A stretch of 63,452 bases of DNA, counting the filler, from Reclinomonas americana ATCC 50394 (lineage: Eukaryota), in assembly GCA_048213135.1 (NCBI GenBank). It is 42 parts of 42 records of this genome, joined end to end, with 100 filler letters (N's around TTAATTAATTAA, not from the genome) between each part and the next. Parts side by side here need not be neighbours in the genome. Positions count along the whole stretch, not along the records: positions 24,357 to 25,771 come from AFZH01025648.1; positions 25,872 to 27,287 come from AFZH01025649.1; positions 27,388 to 28,801 come from AFZH01025650.1; positions 28,902 to 30,314 come from AFZH01025651.1; positions 30,415 to 31,827 come from AFZH01025652.1; positions 31,928 to 33,339 come from AFZH01025653.1; positions 33,440 to 34,851 come from AFZH01025654.1; positions 34,952 to 36,362 come from AFZH01025655.1; 34 more parts are not named here. The stretch is one strand, 5' to 3'. Under the pieces are notes generated by a model that ran no database searches, was not told where the DNA came from, and saw nothing but the letters and a program-made list of their open reading frames with translations. The translations under genes and the position numbers were made by a program. Below are positions 25,353 to 37,973 of the stretch, piece by piece (within the stretch, counting starts at the first letter, position 1; the number at the start of each line of letters is the position of its first letter).

Positions 25353-25871
25353 GAGTGCGTCCCCTATCGCGATGGCACAGCAGTAGGGCTTCCTTGTTTG
25401 CGCGCGCGCGACTGATGCCGGATTTCACAATGCCGGAAATGACGTGATCTTGTCAGGCCGCTTGGCGGACGCGACGTGCAAGACACCAGACTGCATGCAT
25501 GTTCAGCCATGGAACAGCATCATGCATCTTGATGGCAGCAGCTCACAGCTTCGAAAACCACAATCCATTTCGCGATCTTCATCGCCAACGTGGATTCGTC
25601 ATTGACCTAATAGCAAACACACTTTCATTCAACAGAAGGAGAAGAAGAGGGAAGAAGCAGAAGAAGAATCACATCGGAGGCAAAGAGAGCAAAATGGAAG
25701 AAGGGAACGAAACACAACGCGTGGCACGGCACGCAGCGCACGCATAACAAACGATGGACCAGCAGCAGTATNNNNNNNNNNNNNNNNNNNNNNNNNNNNN
25801 NNNNNNNNNNNNNNNTTAATTAATTAANNNNNNNNNNNNNNNNNNNNNNNNNNNNNNNNNNNNNNNNNNNN

Positions 25872-27287
25872 TCGAGGTCACCGCCTCCAACGCCTACGGC
25901 GAAGGCCCTCCCTCCCGCATCGAGTGCGGCACCGTCACCTTCATCCCCTCCTCCACCATCTCCGCCCCGCCCACGCACATTGCGGTGGAGCAACTCACCT
26001 CGACCTCGGCCCGCCTGCGCGTCACCCCGCCCATCTTCACCGGCAACTCGCCCCTCCTGCTCACGCAGCCATTCCGCGTGCTCCTCGCCTCTTCCTCCTC
26101 CTCCACGTCCCCGTCCACCTCGGCCGAGAGCATGGTCGAAGTCGGCGTGATTACGCAAGTGGTGGAGGAGTCGGCGGTCGAGTTCGCCGTGCAGGTCGTC
26201 TCGCTGTCGCCGTCGACCGTGTACTCGGTGCAGGTGGCCGCCGCCAACGAGCTGACCGACTTTAATCAGCTGCCTCCCGCCACCGCACTCTCCACCGTGC
26301 TCACGCTGACGACGCCGGCCGCCGACAGTCTGCCCGACGTGCCGCCGCCGCCGCGCGCGTTTCGCGTCGAGGGCGCCGCAGTGGAACTCGAGTGCTTCGA
26401 GCCGGTGAATCACGGCGGTGTCGCCGTGACCTCGTACGCCATTGAGCGGAGTGTTGGTGCCGATTTCGAGCAGCTCGGTACCGCGGCGGGTGACAGTCGG
26501 CAATTTGTTGACGAGTTGAGTTGGGAAAGATAATGTTGCTCTATGAGGAGGTGTTGCTGACTCATTGCATAGGCACGGCGGAGCGCCGGGTTCTGTGCTG
26601 CGCTATCGGGTGCGAGCGGTGAGCGATATTGGTCATTCGGTGGCCTCGGAAGCGGTGTTGGTGGTGTTGCCGGATCCCGGTTTGTTGAATATTCATCACC
26701 TTCTTCCTTTCCCGGAAGCTGACTTGCTCGCGCAGAGACACCGCCCGAGGCGCCGGATGCACCCACTGTCTTGCTCTTCACCGACGTTGTCGCCGTGCTG
26801 CAGTGGCAGCCGCCGGCGTACCGCGGTTTGCGTGGCATCACGGGGTGGAAGGTCTGTTCCTTTGACTGATATTTGAGGCGAGGGAGCAGGAGACTTACTT
26901 CTGTCTATACAGCTGTTCTACACGCTCGGCAGTTGCGAGCGTAAGATAATGCTGGACGCTGGTGCACATGAGACCACGGTCGACATTTATCCGTCCGTCT
27001 ACAACCACCGCTTCGTGCTGGCCGCTCTCAGTGGCGACACGGAGAGTGAGGACTCGCCGGCCGTCGAGCTGCACAGTCGGGTGGCTGGTATGTTCAAGCA
27101 CATTCATTCTTCTTCATGAGTTCTTCTCCACCCACTCACTTCCCTTTCCCAAAGCTCCCCGACCCGCTCCCCTGGCCGTCCGCGCCGAGGCCGGCGTCGG
27201 ATCGATCACGCTCATGTGGGACCCGTCGCCGCAACCACTGGCGCGCGGCACGCAAATGCCCTTTGATCCGTCGTACATGCACTACCG
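25872..27287 (+). CDS. Fibronectin type III repeat protein (partial)
   Basis: EVTASNAYGEG, LSPSTVYSVQVAAAN, YRVRAVSDIGHS and ITLMWDP motifs. Confidence 0.85.
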
Positions 27288-27823
27288 NNNNNNNNNNNNN
27301 NNNNNNNNNNNNNNNNNNNNNNNNNNNNNNNTTAATTAATTAANNNNNNNNNNNNNNNNNNNNNNNNNNNNNNNNNNNNNNNNNNNNTATAGAAAAAGGG
27401 CCATCAGTCATGGTTGTAAGCATTCACCAGTGGTGGATAGCCACCAGTGTCAGCGTTTAATTAAATGAGCATCACGCGGCACACACACACAGAAGGGAGA
27501 GAGGGAGAGAAAGAGAAGGGAAGAGGGAGAGACTCACCAGTGGGCATGTGCACATGCACATGCGAGACTTGCACGACAAAGCCCCCTTGACTTGGGGTGC
27601 ATTCATCATCGCCTCACGGCCATATGGTCATGGAACTTGCATCTCTCGTGCTCAAGTTCATGCGTGCGACACCAATCCTCGCTTTCTGTGAAAAGTGTAT
27701 GTGAGGTTTTCAGTCCGTCAACATTCTGACGGAATCCACTGCAATCACTTGTTGAGTTGGGCGCGCTGCATGCATGTTTGTGTGTCTTTTCACTGCTGAC
27801 TACTGCCCAACACAGAGCTGCAC

Positions 27824-28801
27824 ATGTATCAGCCGGTGAACAGCCTTTCTTTTCCTCCGAGCACCGCGGAGCGCGTGATCATTCACCCGCTGCCCGATGG
27901 CGGCTGGTCGCGTGATCTGCCCGTCTGGGCGCATCAGCAGGTGACGCCCTACCTTGCGCTTCCCTCCCTCCCTGTGTGTCTCACATGCAGGCGCAGATCT
28001 CGAGACAAGAGTTCGACGACATTGTCAACAACATCGCCGTGGCCTCTCATCCGTTCGAGCAGCAGGTGGAGCAGGAGAAGTTGAGTGCATTCTTTGTTGC
28101 CAGCCAGGCGTGTGTGTAATCTGTGTGACTGATCAAGAACAGGCCCGGCTTCTGCTTCTGGTTCTGGTGCTGCCTGCTCTTCCTGTGCATCATTCCCGGC
28201 ATGTGCTTTGCCATTTGCTACAATGCGCGCAAGGTCAAGCGCCTGAAGGCGCTGCGCACCAATGTTGCGTGGCCTCGTCCCTTGCGCTACATGTACGATG
28301 TGTTGTGCTCACGTCCGTGAACTAGTTGGAGCATGCCGTGTCGGCGTACTTGCGGCGCAAGAATCCCGAGCTGCTGCCGCGTGGGTCTGTCGCATTACCA
28401 CTCACATCAAGTGATGCACGTGACTGATACGATCTCTGTGTGTGTGTGTGTGTGTGTTCACGCAGCATGCAGCTGGTACTGAGGCACGATGTGCGCCTGA
28501 TTCCGCAGCACAAGGCGCCGCCGGTCCAGTTCCGTCTCACGTGGGTGGAGTTGGAGATGACGCCGAATAACTATGGACCTGGTGGTTCGTAGCCATGACG
28601 ACCGTTCGTTTCTCTCATCGCACCACTCACCTCTCATCTCTCCTCTGTCGCAGCTGTGCTGGTGGTCGGCGGGCAACCGCCGCACGGGTACCCACCCGCT
28701 CCGCCACCTCCGCAGCCGGGTGCCGGCTACGATCCGTCCCAGTACCGTGTGCCACCACCGTACATGCCACCGCAGCAGCACGTGGACTCGTACCAGGCGC
28801 A
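27824..28801 (+). CDS. Cys-rich membrane protein with Pro/Tyr-rich tail, possibly Golgin-A7/ERF4-like
   Basis: ISRQEFDDIVNNI followed by FCFWFWCCLLFLCIIPGMCFAIC; 5 introns. Confidence 0.45.
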
Positions 28802-28909
28802 NNNNNNNNNNNNNNNNNNNNNNNNNNNNNNNNNNNNNNNNNNNNTTAATTAATTAANNNNNNNNNNNNNNNNNNNNNNNNNNNNNNNNNNNNNNNNNNN
28901 NGACTGCAC

Positions 28910-29085
28910 CTCAAAGAACTCGTAGCCGTGGTTGAAGATGAGCGTGAACACGCCCACACCGCCCAGGATGTAGTAGTGATTGAAGGTGTCGAGGTTGGCC
29001 TGGTAGGTCTTGGCGAGTGGTACGCGCATGAGGTACACAGTGACGGCAGTCACGCCGATGAAGAGGATCTTCATGGTTGTGTTGT
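28910..29085 (-). CDS. ERD2: Exon of the ER lumen protein-retaining (KDEL) receptor
   Basis: NTTMKILFI..TVYLMR..TYQANLDTFNHYYIL..FTLIFN..FFE. Confidence 0.85.
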
Positions 29086-29384
29086 CTGGGAGGTGGAGGG
29101 GGTGTGAGAGGGTGGAGAGGGGGAGGGGAAGGGAGAGAGGATAGGGGGAAAGGGAGAAATAAGAAGAAAGGCAGGGAGTGACAAATGCATGCGGAAGCAC
29201 GCTCGACGAAAGAGCGAGAACGAGTTAACTCTGCAGTCATACAGGATGGAGAGATGACGATGATTGGGATCAACCATTGCACAGAGAAAGAGAGGAAAGA
29301 GGCGGAGGGAGAGAGAGGGGGGGGAGGGAGAGGGAGAGGGAGAGGGAGAGAGAGAGGGACGGAGAGAAAAGAAGCGTCAAAGCG

Positions 29385-30240
29385 ATACATGCAAGCAGGA
29401 GTGTCCATTAGAGCCACTGAGCCCATCATCTTCAAGAAAGAGAGAGAGCGATGCACAAGAGAGAGAGGGAGAGAGGGAGAGAGAGAGAGAAAAGAGTGAG
29501 AAGAGAGATTGGAGGAGAAGGAGGAGGACGAAAGAGAAGACGGGAAGAGCGAGAGAGTGCGAGGGATGGAGAAGACAAAAGAAGCGGCAAAGCGACACAT
29601 GCAAGCAAGAATGTCCAACGAACAAGTTCGAGCCACTGAGCCCATCATCTTCAAGAAAGAGAGAGAGCGATGCACGCCTGCACCCTCATGCCCAACGAAC
29701 GCAAGAACGAGCGTAAGAACGAGTGCACGCTGAACAGAGAGAGAATCATCTAATGCAAGCAATCCCGACGACCATTGCATGCAGAGAGAGACAGAGAGAG
29801 AGGAAGTAGAAAATAGGAGAGAAGGGCGAGAAAACAGAAAGTGAAAATGCATGCATGAATACACGTGCCAGCTGGCCAGCTGACCGACAACGAGAAGATC
29901 CTGTGAACCATCATCCCCGCAAAGAGAAGGAGCTCTACATGGTGCCCAACGAACGAGCGACACAGGAACGCACAATCCCGATCGACGATTGCATGCACAG
30001 CAGCAGAGAGAGAGAGAGAGAGAGAAAGAGAGTGGAGGAGGAGGAGGAGGAGGAGGAGGAGGAGGAGGAGGAGGAGGAGGAGGAGAAGGGGAAAGAGAAG
30101 AAGGGAGGAGCGAGAGAGAGAGACGGGAAGGGAGGAGAGCGATCTAAAATGCAAGCAAGAGTGTGCCACGTGACCCAATGAACAAGTAAGATCCTGTGAA
30201 CCCACACCCCCGCAAAGAGAAGGAGCTATGCATGGAACGA
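29385..30240. repeat. Degenerate intronic direct repeats and (GAG)n/(GA)n tracts
   Basis: GAGCCACTGAGCCCATCATCTTCAAGAAAGAGAGAGAGCGATGCAC at ~29411 and ~29630; GATCCTGTGAACC..CCCCGCAAAGAGAAGGAGCT at ~29897 and ~30190. Confidence 0.75.
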
Positions 30241-30248
30241 TACCAAAC

Positions 30249-30314
<66 letters not shown>

Positions 30315-30519
30315 NNNNNNNNNNNNNNNNNNNNNNNNNNNNNNNNNNNNNNNNNNNNTTAATTAATTAANNNNNNNNNNNNNNNNNNNNNNNNNNNNNN
30401 NNNNNNNNNNNNNNGTTCTTACTACTCTCTTCTCTCTCTCTCGACGACTACTACCTTACCTTTCCTTCTCTCTCTCTTCTTGTTAGTTAACTACTACTAC
30501 TCGTCGTCGTCTCTCTCTC

Positions 30520-30556
<37 letters not shown>

Positions 30557-30559
30557 ACC

Positions 30560-30756
30560 TTGACTGCTGCAGGCGACTGCTTGGGAGGCAGCAGCGGAGG
30601 AGGCGGCGGCTGCGGCGATGCAGCAGTCGATGTCGACTGCGACGACGATGATGATGAAGAGGAGGAGAAGACACGTGGCCGGGGAGCAGGGCACAGTGCG
30701 AGGCTGCTGCTCAGGCGCCGGTGCAGCAGCGAGAACGCATGCCGCGCCCACTGCAT
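30560..30756 (-). CDS. First exon of a protein with a mitochondrial-type presequence
   Basis: MQWARHAFSLLHRRLSSSLAL is Arg/Ser-rich with no acidic residues, followed by a G|GTGAAG donor. Confidence 0.5.
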
Positions 30757-30948
30757 TCTTTCTCGGGATCGGAGTGAAGAAGAAGAGGGACAAGAAGTTT
30801 GATTGATTTTCGAGTTACAACATCAACGCCTTCCGCATCTCCATTCACTCTCTTCAGTGCGAGACAGAGACAGAAAAAGCATCGAGGGGTGGGTGTTTGG
30901 GGTTTTTTGAAGTTCAGGGCTCGCCTCTTTGCAGAGGAGCGGGCGCGC

Positions 30949-31758
30949 TTACTTGAACTTCGGGTACGACGGGTCGTCGAGGATGCCGCAGATGTTGACA
31001 CCGTCGCCGAACGCGAGCCAGATGTCGCCAGAGTTGCCCCAGCCAGCGCCCCACGAGTTCTTCACAATCCAGTACGGCTTCGCGGCGGTCGAGTCGTAAC
31101 CAATGGCCAGCACACCGTGGTCAAGAGCGTCGTCGCTGTTGTCGCACTTCTTGTCGTCCATCACACCAGTCGAGTAGAACTGCCACGCACTGGTACCGGC
31201 ATTGACGGCGACCGAGACAGGGCCGACAGTGCCCACAGCGTTCATCAGCTCAGCGTGCAGGTGCGGCTTCACGTCGACAAAGCCAGACACATCACCCGGC
31301 TCAATCACGCGCGCCGGCAGCGGGCTCTTGCAGCGGCCGTCGCGGGCAGTGTAGTGGTACGAGGCCTCCGACGCCAGACCCTTCTTCATCACGTACGAGA
31401 AGGCCTGATCCATGAGGCCACCGTTGCAGCCTTGGTTGCCCTCAGCGCTCGAGCAGTCGACCAGCTCCTGCTCCGACAGCGAGACGAGCGGAAGGTCCTT
31501 CTGGGAGACGCGGTTGCCCTCCAGGGAGCCAGTCGTCGAGAACGACCAGCACGAGCCGCACTGGCCCTGATCCTTGATCGGGGTGACGGCACCCTTCGTG
31601 GCCCAGTTGACCGACGCGGGCGCGTCCTTCAGCGACTGGTGAGTGCCAATCGTGAACTCGGCGCGGGCGCTGCGCTTGTGCATGCCGTGGTGCAGAGCCT
31701 TGAACTCGTGCACCTCCAGGTCGCCAAAGTGGTTCATCTTCATCGTCCAGCTGTGACC
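30949..31758 (-). CDS. Cathepsin L-like papain-family cysteine protease (5' partial)
   Basis: NHFGDL prodomain motif, QGQCGSCWSFS, LDHGVLAIGY, YWIVKNSWG. Confidence 0.96.
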   Translation of the reverse strand, partial: GHSWTMKMNHFGDLEVHEFKALHHGMHKRSARAEFTIGTHQSLKDAPASVNWATKGAVTPIKDQGQCGSCWSFSTTGSLEGNRVSQKDLPLVSLSEQELVDCSSAEGNQGCNGGLMDQAFSYVMKKGLASEASYHYTARDGRCKSPLPARVIEPGDVSGFVDVKPHLHAELMNAVGTVGPVSVAVNAGTSAWQFYSTGVMDDKKCDNSDDALDHGVLAIGYDSTAAKPYWIVKNSWGAGWGNSGDIWLAFGDGVNICGILDDPSYPKFK

Positions 31759-31927
31759 CTGCACATGCCATGACAACATGTGAGTGACAGGAGCAAGGGC
31801 GGAGAGTGGAGTGGAAAGTGAGACAGGNNNNNNNNNNNNNNNNNNNNNNNNNNNNNNNNNNNNNNNNNNNNTTAATTAATTAANNNNNNNNNNNNNNNNN
31901 NNNNNNNNNNNNNNNNNNNNNNNNNNN

Positions 31928-33295
31928 TCGGACTCGCCTCGGGGACCTGGTACTGACAAGTGAGAAACAGGCGGAGGGGCCAACATGGACGAATGCGTTC
32001 ACTCAAACAGCATGAATACGCACGGAGTAAGGTGAGAAATCCAGAGACATATCGCCCGTGGGCAACTTGATGGCCAACGCACGCTTGTATCGTTCACGAT
32101 CCAACTGCGCGCCACCACGCAGTGAGAAGAGCACAACCCGACCCCCGCCAACTCCACCGAGCAACAACAATGCACACCGGTGGCTTCAGATACTGCAGCA
32201 GCGACAGCTCATGAACGACCGGAATACGATGTTTGGAATACGGCTGCAGCAGCGGGACGAGGATGCAGTGCACGTCGGCGGCATCCAGTTTCTTGGCACA
32301 GGCGCTCATGTACATGATGGTTCCTGAGAGCAACAGACAGCAAAGAAATGAGATGATGAATTCGTGCTGTGCGAAGCCAACAAACATACACACACACGTA
32401 CCGTGCCGAATCCATGTGTTTGGGTGGAACAGCAACGGACAAACAAACGTGGCAACCTCGATCAAGCGCTTCCGATTCAGCGAGTTGCTGTCACACAGTC
32501 GAACAAACGCCGCCAGCGCTCTCTCCACGACAAACTCCTCCGTGTCTGCGTCGCGGCAAGTGAGTCAGCAGAAAGAGCCGAGCTATGCATAGGTCAAGGG
32601 TTGCAAACAAAACCATTTAGGCCATGCAGCAGGCACGGGTAGATGAACGAGTGGAAGGCTCGTTGTCCGAGGTAGAGCGGCAAGTCGACGATGGTGTCGA
32701 GAAGAGACTCGCGGACTCGCCAGTCGTGGAAGTTGAGATACGAGAGAATCACCGGCAAAAGGCGTTCCGAGGTGAGGGCGGGGCCAAAGAATCGCGCCAG
32801 CTCTTGCAAGTTGATCAGCAGTGCGCGGCGCACTTCACCGCTTTCGTCACACCCGAGACGCATGACAGCGTCACCGACCACTTCTTGGATGGCGTGCACC
32901 TCCGAGTCACGGTTCTGTGAGAGTCGAGAGAGAGTTGAGCAACTACTTTATGTGTACACACACAGCGAGTGCTCTGACCTCCAGGAAAAAGGAGCTCTCG
33001 ATTCGGACAGAACTGCGCAAATCCAGCATGCGATCGTACTTCATCAGCTGCGCAAGCAAGTGGTCAATTAATTTCGGCAACCATCGTGACAAGGCTGGAG
33101 AAGCACGCAGTAGTAGGACGCAACGTGGGCCACCTCGATGAAGCGCCGTGCATGCCGAGCCAGCAGCGGGAGATGCTCAGCAACAGCCGCGCGCACAATC
33201 GCTTCTGGGTCCGTCAACAGCGGCTGCACAGAGGGGAAGATGTAGGCCTGGAAAATGTGACCCTCGCTGATCAAGAACTGCTCAATTTGCGAGAC
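31928..33295 (-). CDS. VPS15: VPS15/PIK3R4 fragment, copy 2
   Basis: Near-identical to 18284-19702, with the same contig ends. Confidence 0.88.
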
Positions 33296-33670
33296 CTACA
33301 TGGGCGAAAGGACATGCACCAAAGTTAGCCATGCGCAGTNNNNNNNNNNNNNNNNNNNNNNNNNNNNNNNNNNNNNNNNNNNNTTAATTAATTAANNNNN
33401 NNNNNNNNNNNNNNNNNNNNNNNNNNNNNNNNNNNNNNNACTGCGTTGTTTTATCGTCGAGGAGGCAGAGGTTGTGGTGTATCGGTGGCGAACCGACCCC
33501 GATATGCGGTGGTGAATTCAGAGTCAATGAAGGTGGCCCGTTGGTAAACTTCGAATCGTCCGTCCCGCACACATATCAACGACAGACGTACTCAACGACA
33601 GCCACGCGAAGAGCACTCCCCCCTCTCACACACTCTCTCACTTCTCACCGTCGCTCCTTCCCTATTCCGC

Positions 33671-34750
33671 ATGTCATCACCTCCCACTCTTCCTCTCTGC
33701 AAGTGCCTGCACGGACACACTTCAGCAGTGCAATCTGTCGCCTTCACTCCCGACGGGCAACACGTTGTGAGTGGCAGTGTCGACAAGACAGTGCGCGTGT
33801 GGTCGCTGGTGAGCGGTGAAGAGGTGCGACTGTTGGCGGGTCATCTCGGCACAGTGTGGTCTGTCGCCGTCACTCTCGATGGCCAGCACATTGTAAGCGG
33901 AGGCGGTGACAACACAGTGCGTGTGTGGTCGCTGGCGAGTGGCGCAGAAGTGCGGCGAATGGAGGGACACGAAGGGTGGGTGATGGCTGTCGCCATTTCT
34001 CCCAATGGTCAGCACGTGGTGAGTGGCAGCTGCGATGCCACTGTGCGAGTGTGGTCGCTGACGAGCGGAGAGGAGGTACGGCGACTGAAGGGAGGCACAG
34101 GAAGTGTAAACTCTGTCGCCGTCACTCTCGATGGTCAGTTCGTCGCGAGTGGCAGCCAAGACGACACAGTGCGGGTGAGGTCGCTGGTGAGTGGAGAAGA
34201 AGTGCATCGATTGAAGGTTCGCAATGGCGTTGTGTTCGCTGTCGCCGTGACTCCCGATGGTCAGTTTGTTGTGAGTGGTGGATATTACAAGGCAGTGCGA
34301 GTGTGGTCTCTTGTGAGTGGCGAGGAGGTGCGTCGGATGGATGGCCACTCTAACTGGGTAGTGTCTGTCGCCGTCACTCCCGATGGTCAGCATGTTGTCA
34401 GTGGGAGCTGGGACAACACAGTGCGGGTGTGGTCGCTGGCGAGTGGAGAAGAGGTGTGTCGTTTGGAGGGACACACTGAAGGGGTGTGCTCTGTTGCTGT
34501 CACTCGAGACGGTGAGCGGATCGTGAGCGGTTGTGGTGACAAGACAGTGCGCGTGTGGAGCACACCGCGCGGTCTGGCCGGCGACGAGTTGCGCGACGCC
34601 CGCTTGGCGATGCGCGCCGTGCAGGAGATGCAGACGGACGATGATAGAGGCACACGTTGCCTGCCGGAGTTGGTGTTGCGCTGTTTCATTGTCGAGGAGA
34701 CTGAGGTCATCGCGCGTCGGTGGCGAACTGATCCCGATCCGTGTTGGTGA
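33671..34750 (+). CDS. Intronless 7-bladed WD40 protein with a short C-terminal motif
   Basis: Seven highly similar 42-aa repeats (GH...V.SVAVTPDGQHVVSGS.D.TVRVWSL.SGEEV); complete ORF. Confidence 0.95.
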   Translation: MSSPPTLPLCKCLHGHTSAVQSVAFTPDGQHVVSGSVDKTVRVWSLVSGEEVRLLAGHLGTVWSVAVTLDGQHIVSGGGDNTVRVWSLASGAEVRRMEGHEGWVMAVAISPNGQHVVSGSCDATVRVWSLTSGEEVRRLKGGTGSVNSVAVTLDGQFVASGSQDDTVRVRSLVSGEEVHRLKVRNGVVFAVAVTPDGQFVVSGGYYKAVRVWSLVSGEEVRRMDGHSNWVVSVAVTPDGQHVVSGSWDNTVRVWSLASGEEVCRLEGHTEGVCSVAVTRDGERIVSGCGDKTVRVWSTPRGLAGDELRDARLAMRAVQEMQTDDDRGTRCLPELVLRCFIVEETEVIARRWRTDPDPCW

Positions 34751-35062
34751 ATGAAGCCTTTTTTCTTCGTGCCTCTGTCATCAACGTCATGTCTCTCACG
34801 GCCGAGATGAAAGTACAAGGAACATCGAGTCCCTCGCGTCCCGTGCAATCANNNNNNNNNNNNNNNNNNNNNNNNNNNNNNNNNNNNNNNNNNNNTTAAT
34901 TAATTAANNNNNNNNNNNNNNNNNNNNNNNNNNNNNNNNNNNNNNNNNNNNCCCTCTCTCCCTCTCTTCCCCTTCTCTTCCCCCCTTCTCTTCCCCCTCT
35001 CTTCCCCCTCTCCCCCTTCCCCCTCCCCTTAACCCTTCCCTTTGCCAATTGTCCCTACACAG

Positions 35063-35866
35063 ACGCCGACGCCGTGGTCAACCACATGACGGGCGGCGGC
35101 AACGACAGCGGCCCCCACCGCAACGGCAACGGCGGTGGCTGCGCGTACTGGGGTCCCAAGGTTTGTGACCATGCACACAGCCATCGCGTGTGTAACGCCC
35201 TTGACTCACTCACGCGTGCGTTAGGACTCGACTGCCGGCAGCCCGTACTACACTCAGGATTTCAACTACGCGCCCAGCAACTTCACCAACCAGCACCCGG
35301 GTCTGGAGTACCCAGGTTGCGTTGCGCTTCGACGAGCAGCAGCATCGCTGTTGCGTTCACAGTCGCTCACATTCTCCCACCATGTGCACAGCTGTGCCAT
35401 ACGGCCCTCTCGACTTCCACTGCGAGCGAGCGTTTCGTCATACTGACACCGCGGTTTTTGATCGTGTGAGTGAGTGACACGTGTGCTTTTGTCGCTCCAG
35501 ATTGAACTCGTGGAGCGATCCTCTGATCCTCAACGCTGGCTGGCTGGTCGGCTTGTCGGATCTGAACACCGAGGTTTGTGTGGCAGAGCAGAGGAGAGGA
35601 GAAGTGAAGAATGGAGAAGAGACAGAAAGAAAGAAAGGCGATACTGAGCACTGAAAGAAAAAGAGAATGAAAGAAGGAAGAAGAAAAGAGGAGAGACAGA
35701 AAGGTGACACTGAACACCAAGGTGTGGTAGAGAAGAGACGAGCTCGAGAGAAGAGGAGAGACAGACAGAGAGGTAACACTGAACACCGAGGTTCGTGTGG
35801 CAGAGGAGGAGAGACAGTCAGAAAGGTGACACTGAGCTCTGAAAGAAGTGGAGTAAAAAAGAAGAG

Positions 35867-35938
<72 letters not shown>

Positions 35939-36308
35939 TAGAGAGAGAGAACAGCGGAGGAGCAGAGCGCTTGCCTCGCATCAGTTCTCGTCTCATTATC
36001 ATGAATATCTCCTTTCCAGCGCCCGAACGTGCAGCAGCGCATCGCTGACTACCTGACCGACCTCATCGGCATGGGCTTCAGCGGCTACCGCATCGACGCC
36101 GCCAAGCACATCAAGCCCGAGGATCTGGCTGCCATTTTCGCCATCTTCAAGAAGAACATGGGCGGCTCTTTCCCTGGTGGGTTCCTTTCTTCTGTCGCGT
36201 GCACTCGTCGTGTCGCCGGCAGCACTCACTGCGTGTGACAGACGACTTTATCACCTACCTCGAGGTCATTATCGGCGGCGAGAAGGATCTGCTCGAGTGC
36301 GACAGCAG
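35063..36308 (+). CDS. Alpha-amylase (GH13), partial
   Basis: DAVVNHM, WLVGLSDLNTE, IADYLTDLIGMGFSGYRIDAAKHI and ITYLEVI catalytic regions. Confidence 0.93.
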
Positions 36309-36462
36309 GTGTGTTGCCCTTGTGCTGCGTGTTTCTTTTTTGAATGCTCTGCGGCTGACTGTNNNNNNNNNNNNNNNNNNNNNNNNNNNNNNNNNNNNNN
36401 NNNNNNTTAATTAATTAANNNNNNNNNNNNNNNNNNNNNNNNNNNNNNNNNNNNNNNNNNNN

Positions 36463-36792
36463 GATCATTGGCGGCGGCCGTTGCTGCTGCTCTGCGCTGC
36501 TGCTCTCACCGGCGGCCGGCAGCGACGGCGACGAGGCCGACGATGCCGTCGAGGATGAGTCATTGTTGGTGGTGGTCAGTGGTGGCGACAGTGTCTGCTG
36601 CTTCGCTGTCGCCGGCGATGCAGGTACACGCAACCGCGCATGCGGATTCGGTGAGGCCAGTGGCGGTGCCATGAGCAGTGGCGATGTGGGTCGCTTCTGC
36701 TCGGGCGCAGGCGGTGTCTGTGGTTGAGGGGGAGGCGGCGGCGATGATGACGCTTGTCGCGACTTGGGCTCGGAGGAGTGGCAGACGCCCAT
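36463..36792 (-). CDS. N-terminus of a probably myristoylated/palmitoylated protein
   Basis: MGVCHSSEPK (G2, C4, S6) followed by a Pro/Ser-rich linker. Confidence 0.55.
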
Positions 36793-37973
36793 TATGTGTG
36801 CGGGCACAGAGACGGCGGTTAGTTGGGCGAGTGGTGTGTGCGTCTCAAACACACGGTGAATTGGTGGAGTCGGGAATGCGGTTATTCAGTGCGTGACTCG
36901 GCGAGAGGTGTGTGTGTGTGCGTGTAACATGGTGGCGGTGTAAAAGGAGAGAGGGAGGGGAGGAGACGGACGAGAGGAGGGGAGGAGAGGGCGTAGAGTG
37001 CGTGTGTGAAATCGTTGACGTTGCAATTCGGACGACGAGGACAACTTGGTGACAATCGAGGGGAAAACTCCATCCCGTGAGATCCGACGAGCGAGTGCGT
37101 ATGTTGATGGTCCCCTTCTGCTCCTACTGCTGCTGCCCCGGCGGTGAAGGGGATTAAAATGGCGAACGTTTTTCTGGATTTGTCAAATATCGAAGAAATC
37201 GGTGCATCAGTCGAGTTTGATGCAACCTGCAGACGTTTCAAGCATGCCACCATCATCGTCGTCGCCATCTCTTCTTAGTGTCCACTGAGCGATAGTTCAG
37301 ACGTGCCGGTGGCCAAAGATAACCACGACTTCACGCGTGTCCCACGCACCGTGATAAAAATAAATTTGTGGGGTGGCCAGGTGGCGTTGCTATTTAGGAA
37401 AGCCAGTACGACAGTGGAAGCGTAATTAATTAATCAAGTACCCCTCCCGCGCGCAAAGACAACGCCAAGACCACAGAGTGTGCGTGAGTGACATACAACT
37501 GGAAATGGCGATGACACGTCATAACATATGTTAGCGATGTCAACGATCTTGACCTGCATGCTCGCTGCTGGTTGACATCGTCCGGCACCTGTTAGCACAT
37601 GCCAGTCAACTCCATGGAATGGTGGTCTCCGAAGCCGCGAGCACCCAAGGAGCAGGAGAAGGGGTTTTCAGTGTATGTGACGAGAAGGTGCACGACAAGC
37701 ATGTCACGCAAGTGAGTACATTAGCGTCACAGAGTGGTGGTAGTGGGTGCCCATGACCTCCTGTGTCGGTCTGAGTGTCACACGACCATTCCTCATTGCA
37801 AAAAAGCGCGCGCGCTCTCTCTCTCTGTCATGTCGATGTCGACCATCTTTGCGTGGTCTAAGGTCAAGAAACTNNNNNNNNNNNNNNNNNNNNNNNNNNN
37901 NNNNNNNNNNNNNNNNNTTAATTAATTAANNNNNNNNNNNNNNNNNNNNNNNNNNNNNNNNNNNNNNNNNNNN

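Noticed and set aside
37424..37433. Natural TAATTAATTA resembling the linker
   Set aside because: Not flanked by Ns; a short AT-rich intergenic tract with no other support.
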